From contig NC_058369.1 of the NCBI RefSeq assembly GCF_018350175.1, positions 11,038,001 to 11,102,000 on the forward strand: 64,000 bases of DNA. Reading direction: 5' to 3'. Shown here piece by piece: positions 50,392 to 62,440 of the stretch. The notes beneath the pieces are model-generated. The model saw only the letters and a list, made by a program, of their open reading frames with translations, did no database searches and was not told the DNA's origin. The translations under genes and the position numbers were made by a program. Source of the stretch: Felis catus (Eukaryota). Positions within the stretch are counted from its first letter, which is position 1, and every line of letters starts with the position of its first letter.

Positions 50392-51531
50392 ATGGCACCA
50401 GGCAATGATACCCAACTTTCAGAATTTCTTCTTCTGGGATTATCAGATGAACCAGAATTACAGCCCCTCATATTTGGGCTTTTCCTCTCCATGTACCTGA
50501 TCATTGTGTTTGGAAACCTGCTCATTGTCCTAGCTGTCAGCTCTGACTCCCACCTCCACACACCCATGTACTTCTTCCTGGCCAACCTGTCCTTTGTGGA
50601 CATCTGCTTCACCTCTACCGTCATCCCAAAGATGCTCTGGAACATCCAGACTCAGAGCAAAGTCATAACCTATGCAGGCTGCATCACACAGATGTACTTT
50701 TTCCTACTCTTTGTAGAATTAGACATCTTTCTCCTGACTGTGATGGCTTACGACCGCTTTGTGGCCATCTGTCACCCCCTGAACTACATGGTCATCATGA
50801 ACCCCCGGCTCTGTGGAGTGCTTGTTCTGGTGTCCTGGATCATGTGTGCCCTGAATTCCTTGTTAGAAAGCTTAATGGTATTGCGGCTGTCCTTCTGTAC
50901 AGTCTTGGAAATCCCCCACTTTTTCTGTGAACTCAATCAGATGATCCAACTTGCCTGTTCTGACACTTTTCTCAACAACATGGTGATGTATTCTGGAATT
51001 ATGCTGCTGGCTGGTGGTCCCTTTGTTGGGATACTTTACTCGTACTCTAAGATAGTTTCCTCCATACGTGGGATCTCATCATCTCAGGGCAAGTATAAAG
51101 CATTTTCCACCTGTGCGTCTCACCTCTCGGTTGTCTCTCTATTTTATTGTACTGGCCTGGGAGTGTACCTCAGCTCTGCTGCTACCCAGAGCTCCCACTC
51201 AAGTGCCACAGCCTCAGTGGTGTATACAGTGGTCATACCCATGCTGAACCGCTTCATCTACAGCCTGAGGAACAAAGACATGAAGGGGGCTCTGATGCGG
51301 AGAAAGGGGAACACTTTTGCAGTGTTGGTGGGAATGCAAACTGGTGTAGCCACTCTGGAAAACAGGATGGAGGTTCCTCAAGAAATTAAAAACAGAACTA
51401 CCCAACGATCCAGCAATTGCACTACTAGGGATTTATCCAAAGGACACAAAAATGCTGACTCGAGGGGGCACACACACCCCCATGTTTTTAGCAGCACTAT
51501 CAAAAATAGCCAAATTAGGGAAGGAGACTAA
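50392..51531 (+). CDS. OR7A-like receptor with P287R (NPFIY->NRFIY) fused to a LINE-1-derived 78-aa C-terminus; possibly non-functional
   Basis: Uninterrupted ORF with OR motifs up to RNKDMKGAL (codon 301). From 51294 the DNA is L1 3' sequence (gatgcggagaaagggg..gttggtgggaatgcaaactgg). Confidence 0.85.
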   Translation: MAPGNDTQLSEFLLLGLSDEPELQPLIFGLFLSMYLIIVFGNLLIVLAVSSDSHLHTPMYFFLANLSFVDICFTSTVIPKMLWNIQTQSKVITYAGCITQMYFFLLFVELDIFLLTVMAYDRFVAICHPLNYMVIMNPRLCGVLVLVSWIMCALNSLLESLMVLRLSFCTVLEIPHFFCELNQMIQLACSDTFLNNMVMYSGIMLLAGGPFVGILYSYSKIVSSIRGISSSQGKYKAFSTCASHLSVVSLFYCTGLGVYLSSAATQSSHSSATASVVYTVVIPMLNRFIYSLRNKDMKGALMRRKGNTFAVLVGMQTGVATLENRMEVPQEIKNRTTQRSSNCTTRDLSKGHKNADSRGHTHPHVFSSTIKNSQIREGD

Positions 51532-52000
51532 ATTTCCCTTGACTGATGAATGGATAAAGAAGATGTGGTGTATATATATAATGGAATATTTCTCGGTGAT
51601 CAAATAAATGAAATCTTGCCATTTGCCATTTGTGGATGGAAGTAGAGTGTATTACGCTAAATAAGTCAGCCAGAGAAAGACAAGTATGTGATTTTGCTCA
51701 TGTGGAATTTAAGAAACACAACAGATGCACATAGGTCAAGAGATATAAAATAAAACAAGATAAAAACAGAGAGGGAGGCAAACCAAAAAAGACTCTTAAA
51801 TACAGAGAACAAACAAAGGGTTGCTTGGGGTGGGGGGGAGATGGCTTAAATGGGTGATGGGCATTAAGCAGGGCACCTGCTGTGCCCTGCTGTGATGAGC
51901 ACTGGGTATTACATGTAAGTGGTGAATCATTGGGTTCTACTCCTGAACCAATACTACACCAAACGTTAACTAACATGGATTTCAATAAAAAAACAAAAAG
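51294..52000 (+). mobile_element. L1 3' fragment fused to the OR CDS
   Basis: Homologous to 61736-62440 and 41165-41880; AATAAA at 51984 and an A-rich tail; no TSD. Confidence 0.93.
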
Positions 52001-52667
52001 CAAACTGGGTTCAAAATCCCTTATTACTCTTTTCAGATATTGAGGTGACTTTTTATAAGAACAGAATTTTCTGGAATAAGAACCATAAGTTGCAAGTTCA
52101 TGAGAGATCTGGCTGTATTAAATTATTTATCACACACCTGCCTTAATAAAAGGTGAAATGTTAAAAAAAAAAAAAGATTGTAGACTATGTGGCTCCATTT
52201 GTGTATAATTCAAGAAGATGCACACTAAGCTTTAATTTCTCTGTTATATTATTGTGAAGATGTAATCCAACTGAGCCTCCATATCCTTATTTCTGAAGGT
52301 AATGTGGGGTAATGAGCCCTAACTCCAGACAGATGGTGTGAGGAATAAATGAAAGGCGTAGAGCACTTTGCTGGATCTGAAGAAAATATTCAAGGTTAAG
52401 CGTGTGATATGTATATGTGTGTGTTCGTTTATGTCCATCTTTCTCTCAAATAAACACATTAATATGCATACATGTAGATGCACAGAGGACTTACTAAAAT
52501 CCCATCTATTATGTTGAAAGAAAATGTTAAATATGGCGGAGGGGGGTGGGGAGGATCGTAATGAAAAGAATAAACATTCAAGTCAACGTAAACTAGAAAG
52601 AATAGAATTTTGACACAAAGACTTAAAATGGAACAGGTGACCTCAATTTTAAAAAGAAATTGTCTTT

Positions 52668-53058
52668 TATATATACAATGGAATACTACTTGGCAATGAG
52701 AAAGAATGAAATATGGCCATTTGTAGCAACATGGATGGAACTGGAGAGTGTTATGCTAAGTGAAATAAGTCATACAGAGAAAGACAGATACCTTATGTTT
52801 TCACTCTTATGTGGATCCTGAGAAACTTAACAGAAGACCATGGGGGAGGGGAAGGGAAAAAAAAAGGTTAGAGAGGGAGGGAGGCAAACCATAAGAGACT
52901 CTTAAAAACTGAGAACAATCTGAGGGTTGATGGGGGGTGGGAGGGAGGAGAGGGTGGGTAATTGGGTATTGAGGAGGGCACCTGTTGGGATGAGCACTGG
53001 GTGTTGTATGGAAACCAATTTGACAATAAATTTCATATTAAGAATAAATAAATAATAA
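52668..53058 (+). mobile_element. Young L1 3' fragment
   Basis: Near-identical in type to 27678-28153; TSD gaa(a)ttgtcttttat. Confidence 0.92.
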
Positions 53059-53299
53059 AAAGGAATTGTCTTTTATCTCAAATCTTCAAAGGCCTCAGAG
53101 TCAAAACCACATTTACATGTATGTAAGTGAGAAATCACTGTCCAGCAAGTAGGGCAGAATATCTCCAAACTGAAACTAAATTCTTTCCATTTAAGGTGGG
53201 ATTTCAATACCAAATGCCTGTACCCAAGGGAAAGTTCACTGAATGAATTGAAAGGCTCAAATCCTGTTCCTATAAACAATATATTTCTGAACAAACTTC

Positions 53300-54055
53300 T
53301 GCATTCGATTCCTGATGCTGCTACAATAAATGACTACACTTGTGGCTTAAAACAAAGATTTATCCAAAGTTTCTAGGTCAGAAGCCTGAAATGGGTCTCG
53401 CTGGGCTAAAATTTAGAGATCGTCAAGGCTGGGATCTTTCTGGACACTCCAGAAGAGAATTCACTCCCTTTCCTATTTCTATTTTTTAGTGGCTTTCCTA
53501 TTTTTTAGTGGCTACCTGCATTTTTTTGTCTAGTGGCCCTTCCTCCAGCCCGCAGCATTGTGTCTGAAAATGTCTCTCTGATTCCAATTCTTTTCTTCCA
53601 TTTTCTGCATTTAAAATGTTTGTTTGTTTGTTTTGAGAGAGAGAGAGACAGGGAGAAAGAGACCAAGCATGAGCAGGGGAGGGCCAGAGAGAGAGGGGGA
53701 GAGAGCGAATCCCACGCATGCTCTGCTCTGTCAGCACAAAGCCAGAAATGGGGCTCAGTCCCACAAACTGTGAGATCATGACCTGAACCAAAATCAAGAG
53801 CTGCACTATTAACCTAGTGAGCCACCCAGGCACCCCCTTCCTCTTTCACATTTAAAGGACTGCTGTGATTGCTCTAATCCCATCCCGATAATCTAGGCTA
53901 ATCTTTTTTTTTTTTTTTTTTTTTATCAAATTCAGTGATTAGCAGACTTATTCCACCTCCTGGCTACATTCCTCTTAGTCTGTAAACAAATGTTTTCAAA
54001 AGTTCTTTGGATTAGGATGTGGACATCTTTTGGAAGCCCTTATTCTGCCTACTCC
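53300..54055 (-). mobile_element. MLT1D/E-like LTR (module F) with nested Can-SINE at 53610-53837
   Basis: Homologous to 6190-6672. Confidence 0.75.
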
Positions 54056-54244
54056 ATAGTTTTTGCTCAAATATAAATTATTTGCTGTCACTCAAGAGCC
54101 CTTAGGTAAAAGAAGTGAACACAGAATTTATCAACACCTATAGAGTTATGTGAAAAACTTTTCCTTCAAAATCACATATACAGAAGATTCCTGGTGGAGA
54201 AGACCTAAAACTGCCTACACGTGTCTCTAACACAGGAGCACAGC

Positions 54245-54570
54245 CTTGCTCTCAAGCTGTGCTCCACAGACCAGGACCCACAGCATCAACACCACCGGGG
54301 AGTTTATTAGAAACACAGAGTCCCTGGAGACCTGGAGACCTAATGCATCATAATTGGCATTTTAACTACAAACTCTGGCGATTTGTACACACAATACAGG
54401 TAGAGCAGTGCTGGTCTCGAGTAATATTTCTCACCTTCTCACCGTTGACATTTGGGGCTGGGTGAATATTTGTATTGGGTGCTGTCCTATGGGTTATAGG
54501 TGTTTGGCAACATCCTCTTACACATGGCCAAATATCCCCACGGGCAAACTCCTGCCTGGTTGAGAACCGC
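54245..54570. mobile_element. MER5B-like plus deleted MER20-like (module F)
   Basis: Homologous to 28600-28930 and 43570-43722. Confidence 0.72.
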
Positions 54571-54646
54571 TGTGCCAGGGTTTGAGAACTGGAAGCATCG
54601 TGACCGAATTCCAGTCAAGGCTTCATCCAGCACGACAATTTATAAC

Positions 54647-55168
54647 TGTGATATTATGATTTGTAATAAAAAAAATCATTTGGTCTACATCCCCATTTCT
54701 GGTACAGAGCTCCTAAAACTCTTCCAATTTCCTAAGTGATGGGAGTCATAAAGACGTCTTGTGTTGCGGGGGAGGGGCATCCGGGTGGCAGTCAGGAAAG
54801 GGTCCAACTCTTGATATCATCTCACGATTTGTGAGATCTTCACTGTTAGCACAGAGGCTGCTTGGGATTCTCTCTCTCTTTCTCTCTCTCTCTCCACCCC
54901 CCTCAAAATAAATCAATGTAGTTAAGGGGGAAAAGATGTCTTCTGTCAGGTTAATGAAGTGACGTTGAGAGGGGCTACTGGCCAGGAGGACCAACCGTGT
55001 TATTAGAAGACTGAAACTTCACATCCCAGCCCCTGACCTCCTGGGAAGAAGGAGGGTCTGAAGCTTGAGTCTAATCACCAATGGCCAATGATTTAATCAA
55101 CTGTGTCTACATAGTGAATCTTCCATAAAACCCAAAAGGATGGTTCAGAGAGCTTTCAGGTTGGTGAT
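54647..55168 (+). mobile_element. MER21-like LTR with nested degenerate Can-SINE (54772-54920), truncated on the right
   Basis: Paralog of 43795-44510. Confidence 0.72.
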
Positions 55169-55212
55169 TGTGAGACGTGTGGGAGATGGTTTATTTTCAG
55201 AAATACCAAGTA

Positions 55213-58200
55213 GGGAGGAGCCATTTTGGCAGAACAGCCTGGAAGCTGTTTGTGTGTCTCGCATCCATGAAGTACAGCCAGACCCACACTAAACCATCCT
55301 ACACACCTAGAAAACCGACTGGAAGATTAACACAACAATCTGCACAATCTGAACCACAGAATTCAGCGACGCGGCACAGAGAGCTGAACTTGGGGAGCAA
55401 GAAGCCCCGAAGGTAGGGAACCCCCTTTTGCAGGCGGAAAGAGGACGGAGACTGGGGGGGGGGGGAGCATACAGGAAAAGCACCCCTCCCCAAAAGCAGC
55501 TGGAAAGAAAGTGGAAAATTGGAAACAGCCGCAGGGACGAAATTACAAAGGGAGAAAGGAGAAAGGAGAGGGTTTAAGTTCCATTCAGACTGTAAACAAG
55601 GGGAGCGCAAAGGCTGCAACTCCGCAGCTCCCTACCTGGCGGTGCGCTGGTGGGAAAGGTGAATCCCCAGGAACAGGGTCCGGGAGGTTCTCGGGCCACA
55701 CGGGGAAAAGCGGTTCCACTGCCGGAATGAAAGGACATTCGGTAGAGACTGTTGAGGCCACCTGGTCCCAGCAGACCCCGGAAGGCGGCCACACTCGCTG
55801 GTGCCGGGACGAGGTCGTTGAGGGTGAAGCCTGGTGCCAGATGTGTGTTGTGATTTTTCACGGTCCCTGAAACGCTGAGGCTACACCGTCGCGCGATCTT
55901 TTTTGGGGGGGGCGGGCTGACACCTGGCCGCAGTCTCAGGGCAGCGGCACCAGCAGGGTCCGGCAAGCGTTCCCGGGTGCAGCCGACATTCGGCCATTGC
56001 TCATTCGGCCACTGCTCAGCGAGACCTTCCCGCAGAGGGGCGGAGCGGGTCAAAGCCACAGTCCTTCGGAAGTAAGGGGCCGGGGAAAACAGCCGCATCT
56101 GAGACAAAACTTGGGAGAGAGGTACTGCCTGGGGCCTGCTCACGGAGAATGGAAAAGCAGGGAGTGGACGAGAGCTGAAAACGGAGGACCGGTGCGCAAT
56201 TGCTGATCCGAGGAGAACAGACTGGGTAGCTGGGTGGCGCCATTTTTCACCTCTCCTGCGCATGCGCCTGTGCACCGACAAGCCCTGAAACAATCCAACC
56301 CAGTAGGCTAGCAGCGCCATCTAGTGGAGAGCGGAGTTTTTACACCGAGCCCTGCCCGACTGGGCCAACTTTGCTCTTCAAGAACACAAACCTCACCGCC
56401 GACTTCATTTACGGATTAGAAAGAGCTACATGGACTGATTCTAGGGGAAAACGAAGCAATTTCAGTCCTACTTCAATCTGTTAGCAGGTTCATCTATCCA
56501 ATTTTTTCTCTTTTTTTTCCTTTTTCTCTTTTACAATTCTTTTCTTTTTCTTGAATACAGAAAGAGAAACAACTCATTTTTATTTTCAATTTTTCTTAAA
56601 AATATCTGTCTTTAATTTTTATTACTATATTTTTTACTTTGGTGTAAATTTTTTCAACTTCTACTTTACTTCCATCTTTTTATTTTAGTCTACTTCAGTA
56701 TACCCACCTTTTCAAATGTTCAAACAATTTCTTTTTTTTTCTTTTTTTCTTTTTCCTTTTTTTCTTGAATGCAGAAAGAGAAAAACTTCAGTTTTACTTT
56801 CAATTTCTTTTAAAAATATTTTTATCTAATTTTTATTACTATATTTTTTGGTTTTACGTAAATTTTTTCAAATTCTATCTCACTCCCATCATTTTATTTT
56901 AGTCTATACAATGTATTCACTTTTTCAAATTTTCAAACGATTTCTTTTTTTTTCTTTTCTTTTTTATCTTTTTTCTCTTTTTCATTTCTTTTCTTTTTTC
57001 TTAAATACAGAAAATGAAAAAATTCATATTTCTTTTTAATTTTTATTAAAAATAGTTTTCTTTAATTTTTTCTACTATATTCTCTACTTCTGTGTATATT
57101 TTTTCAAATTCTATTTTACCCACATCATCTCATTTTAATCTACTTTAGTGTATTCATGTTTTCAAATTCTCAAACGATTTCCTTTTTTTTTCTCTATTCC
57201 GTCAAACCACTTCCAACACCCAGGCCAAAACAAACCTAGGATCTAGCATCATCTATTTGTGTGTGTGTGTGTGTGTGTGTGTTTATTTTTAATTTTAATA
57301 TTTTTTTAATTTTAATTTTTTTAATTTCAATTTTTCGACGTCATTAATTCCTTTTCTCCCTTCAAAATGACGAAATGAAGGAATTCACCCCAAAAGAAAG
57401 AACACAAACAAATGACAGCCAGGGATTTAACCAACACAGATGCAAGCAAGATGTCTGAACCAGAATTTAGAATCATGATAATAAGAATACTAGCTGGAGT
57501 CAAAAATAGATTAGAACCCTTTCTGCAGAGATAAAAGAAGTAAAAAATAGCCAGAATGAAATTAAAAATGCTATAACTGAGCTGCAATCATGGATGGATG
57601 CAGTGGTGGCAAGGATGGACGAGGCAGAACAGAGAATCAGAGATATACAGGGCAAACTTATAGAGAATAACGAAACAGAAAAAAAGAGGGAGATTAAGGC
57701 AAAAGAGCACGATTTAAGAATTAGAGGAATCAGTGATTCATTAAAAAGGAACAACATCAGAATCATAGGGGTTCCAGAGGAGGAAGAGAGAAATAGGGGT
57801 AGAAGGGATATGTGAGCAAATCATAGTGGAAAACTTTCCTAACCTGGGGAAAGACACAGACATCAAAATCCAGGAAGCACAGAGGACTCCCATTAGATTC
57901 AACAAAAACCGGCCATCAACAAGGCATATCATAGTCAAATTCACAAAATACTCAGGCAAGGAGAGAATCATAAAAGCAGCAAGGAAAAAAAGTCCTTAAC
58001 CTACAAGGGAAGACAGATCAGGTTTGCAGCAGATCTATCCACAGAAACTTGGCAGGCCAGAAAGGAGTGGCAGGATATATTCAGTGTGCTGAGTCAGGAA
58101 AAGATGCAGCCAAGAATTCTTTATCCAGCAAGGCTGTCATTCAAAATAGAAGGAGAGATAAAAAGTATCCCAAACAAAAATTAAAGGAGTTTGTGACCAC

Positions 58201-61200
58201 TAAACCAGTCCTGCAAGAAATTTTAAGGAGGACTTCTGAGGAGAGAAAAGATGAATATATATATAAATAAATAAATACCAAAACCAACAAAAGATTAGAA
58301 AGGACAAGAGAACACCACCAGAAACTCCAACTCTACAAGCATCAAAATGGCAATAAATTCATATCTTTCAGTACTCACTCTAAAAGTCAATAGACCCAAT
58401 GCTCCAATCAAAAGACATAGTGTAACAGAATGGATAAGAAAATAAGACCCATCTATATGCTGTTTACAAGAGACCCATTTTAAACCTAAAGACACCTTCA
58501 TTCAGATTGAAAATAAGGGGATGGAGCCATCTATCATGCTAATGGTTGCCAAAAGAAAGCTGGAGTAGCCGTACTTATATCAGACAATTTAAACTTTAAA
58601 ATAAAGATTGTATCAAGAGATGACAGAAGGGCATTATATCATAATCAAGGGGTCTACCAACCAAGAAGACCTAACAATTGTAAACATTTATGCGCCAGAT
58701 GTGGCAGCACCCAAATATATAAATCAGTTAATCACAAACAAAAAGAAACTCATTGATAGTAATACCATAATAGTAGAAGACTTCAACACCCCACTCACAG
58801 CAATGGATAGATAATCTAATCAAAAAATCAACAAGGAAACAATGGCTTTGAATAATACATTGGACCAGATGGACTCCACAGATATATTCAGAACATTTCA
58901 TCCTAAAGCAGCAGAATATACATTCTTCTCCAGTGCACATGGAACATTCTCCAGAATAGACCATATACTGGGACACAAATCAGCCCTAAGTAAGTACAAA
59001 AAGATCGAGATCATATCGTGCATATTTTCAGACCACAATGCTATGAAACTTGAAATCAACCACAAGAATTTGGACAGGTAACAAATACTTGGAGACTGAA
59101 GAGCATCCTACTAAAGAATGAATCGGCTAACCAAGCAGTTAAAGAGGAAATTAGAAACTATATGGAAGTCAATGAAAATGATAACACCACAACCCAAAAT
59201 CTCTGGGATGCAGCAAAGGTGGTCATAAGAGGAAATTATATAGCAATCCAGGCCTTCCTAAAGAAGGAACAAAGATCTCAGATACACAACCTAACCTTAT
59301 GCATTAAGGAGCTGGAAAAAGAACAGCAAATAAAACCCAAAACCAGCAGAAGGCAGGAGATAATAAAGATTAAAGCAGAAATTAATTCTATCAAAACAAA
59401 CAAAACAAAACAAAACAGTAGAACAGATCAATGAAACCAGAAGCTGGTTCTTCGAAAGAATTAACAAAATTGATAACCCCCTAGCCAGTTTGATCAAAAA
59501 GAAAAAGGAAAGGCCCCAAATAAATAAAATCAAGAATGAAAGAGGAGAAATCACAACCAACATAGCAGAAATATAAACAATAATAAGAGAATATTATGAG
59601 CAATTATATACCAATAAAATGGGCAATCTGGAAGAAATGGACAAATACCTAGAAACATATACACTACCAAAACTGAAACAGGAAGAAATAGAAAATTTGA
59701 ACAGACACATAACCAGTAAAGAAATCCAAGTAATAATCAAAAATCTCCTAAAAAACAAGTCTAGGACCAGTTGGCTTTCCAGAAGAATTCTACCAAACAT
59801 TTAAAGAAGAGTTAACACTTATTCTCTTGAAGCTGTTCCAAAAAATAGAAATAGAAGGAAAACTTCCCAACTCTTCCTATGAAGCCAGCATTACCTTGAT
59901 TCCAAAACCAGACAAAGACCCCACTAAAAAGGAGAACTATAGACCAACTTCCCTGATGAACATGGATGCAAAAATCCTCAACAAGATACTAGCCAACTGG
60001 ATCCAACAATACATTAAAAAAATTACTCACCACGACCAAATGGGATTTATCCCTGGGATGCAGGGCTGGTTCAGTATCCACAAAACAATTAACATGACTC
60101 ATCATATCAATAGAAGAAAGGACAAGAACCATATGATCCTCTCAATAGATGAAGAGAAAGCATTTGACAAAATACAGCAATGTTTCTTGATAAAAAACCC
60201 TCAAGAAAGTAGGGACAGAAGGATCACACCTCAAGATCATAAAAGCCATATATGAATGACCCAACACTAATATCATCCTCAATGGGGAAAAACTGAGAGC
60301 TTTCCCCCTAAGGTCAGGAACAAGACAGAGATGTCTACTCTCGCCACTGTTATTCAACATAGTATTGGAAGTCTTAGCCTCTGCAATCAGACAATACAAA
60401 GAAATGAAAGGCATTCAAATCAGCCAGGAGGAAGTCAAGCTTTCACTCTTCGCATATGACATGATACTCTATATGAAAAACCCAAAAAATTCCACCAAAA
60501 ACTGCTAGAACTGATTCATGAATTCAACAAAGTTGCAGGATATAAAATCAATGCGCAGAAACCGGTCGCATTCATATACACCAACAATGAAGCATCAGAG
60601 AGAGAAATCAAGGAATTGATCCATTTACAGTTGCACAAAAAAACCATAAAATACCTAGGAATAAATCTAACCAAAGAGGTGAAAAATCTATACACTGAAA
60701 ACTATAGAAATCTTATGAAAGAAATTGAAGAAGACACGAAGAAACAGAAAAAGATTCCATACTCCTGGATAGGAAGAACAAATATTGTTAAAATGTTGAT
60801 ACTACCCAAAGCAATGTACATATTCAATGCAATCCCTATCAAAGTAATGCCAGCATTCTTCACAGAGCTAGAACAAATAATCCTAAAATTTGTATGGAAC
60901 CAGAAAAGACCCCGAATAGCCAAAGCAATCTTGAAAAAGAAAACCAAAGCAGGAGGCATCACAATCCCAGACTTCAAGTTATACTACAAAGCTGTAATCA
61001 TCAAGACAGTATGGTACTGGCACAAGAACAGATACTCAGATCAATGGAACAGAATAGAGAACCCAGAAATGGACCCACAAACGTCTGGCAAACTAATCTT
61101 TGACAAAGCAGGAAAGAGTATCCAATGGAATAAAGACAGTCTCTTCAGCAAGTGGCCCTGGGAAAACTGGACAGCAACATGCAGAAAAATGAACTTGGAC

Positions 61201-62013
61201 CACTTTCTTACACCATACACAAAAATAAACTCAAAATGGATGAGAGATCTCAATGTAAGACAGGAAGCCATCAAAATCCTTGAGGAGAAAGCAGGCAAAA
61301 ACCTCTTTGATCTTGGCTGCAGCTTCTTACTCAATGAAAGCAAGGGAAACAAAAGCAAAAAGGAACTACTGGGAACCTCATCAAAATAAAATCTTCTGCA
61401 CAGCAAAGGAAATAATCAACAAAACTAAAAGGCAACTAACAGAAGGGGAGAAGATATTTGCAAATGACATATCAGATAAAGGGTTAGTATCCAAAATCTA
61501 TACAGAACTTATCAAACTCAACACCCAAAAACCAAATAATCCAGTGAAGAAATGGGCAAAAGACATGAATAGACACTTCTCCAAGGAAGACATCCAGATG
61601 ACCAACCAACACATGAAGAGATGCTCAACATCACTCATCATCAAGGAAATACAAATCAAAACCACACTGAGATATCAACTCACACCTGTCAGAATGGCTA
61701 ACATTAACAACTCAGGCAACAACAGATGTTGGTGAGGACGCAGAGAAAGAGGATCTCTTTTGCACTGTTGGTGGGAATGCAAGCTGGTGCAGCCATTCTG
61801 GAAAACAGTATGGAGGTTCCTCAAAAAACTAAAAATAGAACTACCCTAAGACCCAGCAATTGCACCACTAGGCATTTATCCACAGGATACAGGTGTGCTG
61901 TTTCGAAGGGACACATGCACCCTCATGTTTATAGCAGCACCATCAACAGTAGCCAAAGTATGGAAACAGCCCAAATGTTCATCGATGGATGGATGGATAA
62001 AGAAGATGTGGTG

Positions 62014-62057
<44 letters not shown>

Positions 62058-62440
62058 GAAGTATTACTCGGCAATCAAAAAGAATGAAACCTTGCCATTT
62101 GCAACTATGTGGATGGAACTGGAGGGTATTATGCTAAGTGAAATTAGTCAGAGAAAGACACAACTCATGTGACTTCACTCATATGAGGACTTTAAGAGAC
62201 AAAACAGATGAACATAAGGGAAGGGAAACAAAAATAATATAAAAACAGGGAGGGGGACAAAACAGAAGAGACTCATAAATATGGAGAGCAAACTGAAGGT
62301 TGCTAGAGGGGTTGTGGGAGGGGGAATGGGCTAAATGGGTAAGGGACATTAAGAAATCTACTCCTGAAATCATTGTTGCACTATATGCTAACTAATCTGG
62401 ATATAAATTTTAAAAAATAAAAAATAAAATTAAAAAAAAA
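55213..62440 (+). mobile_element. Full-length, decayed felid-type LINE-1 (~7.2 kb)
   Basis: CpG-rich 5'UTR at 55213-56420, T-rich tandem region, ORF1 from ~57367, ORF2 from ~58348 (fragments 58608, 59827, 60616, 61280), 3'UTR and polyA. Both ORFs are broken. Confidence 0.96.
56500..57190 (+). repeat. Three ~215-235 bp T-rich tandem units in the L1 5'UTR
   Basis: Unit starts tt(g/a)aat(a/g)cagaaa at ~56551, ~56766 and ~57001. Confidence 0.85.

Noticed and set aside
55574..56320. 248-aa antisense ORF in the L1 5'UTR (ORF0-like idea)
   Set aside because: GC-rich sequence gives long ORFs by chance, and the frame is not conserved in the L1 at 35.1 kb.
56500..57190. CRISPR-like or novel tandem array
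   Set aside because: Degenerate T-rich units inside an L1 5'UTR, with no unique spacers and no cas genes, in eukaryotic DNA.
57367..62172. Retrotransposition-competent L1
   Set aside because: ORF1 has an early stop (atgacgaaatga) and ORF2 is fragmented by stops and frameshifts.
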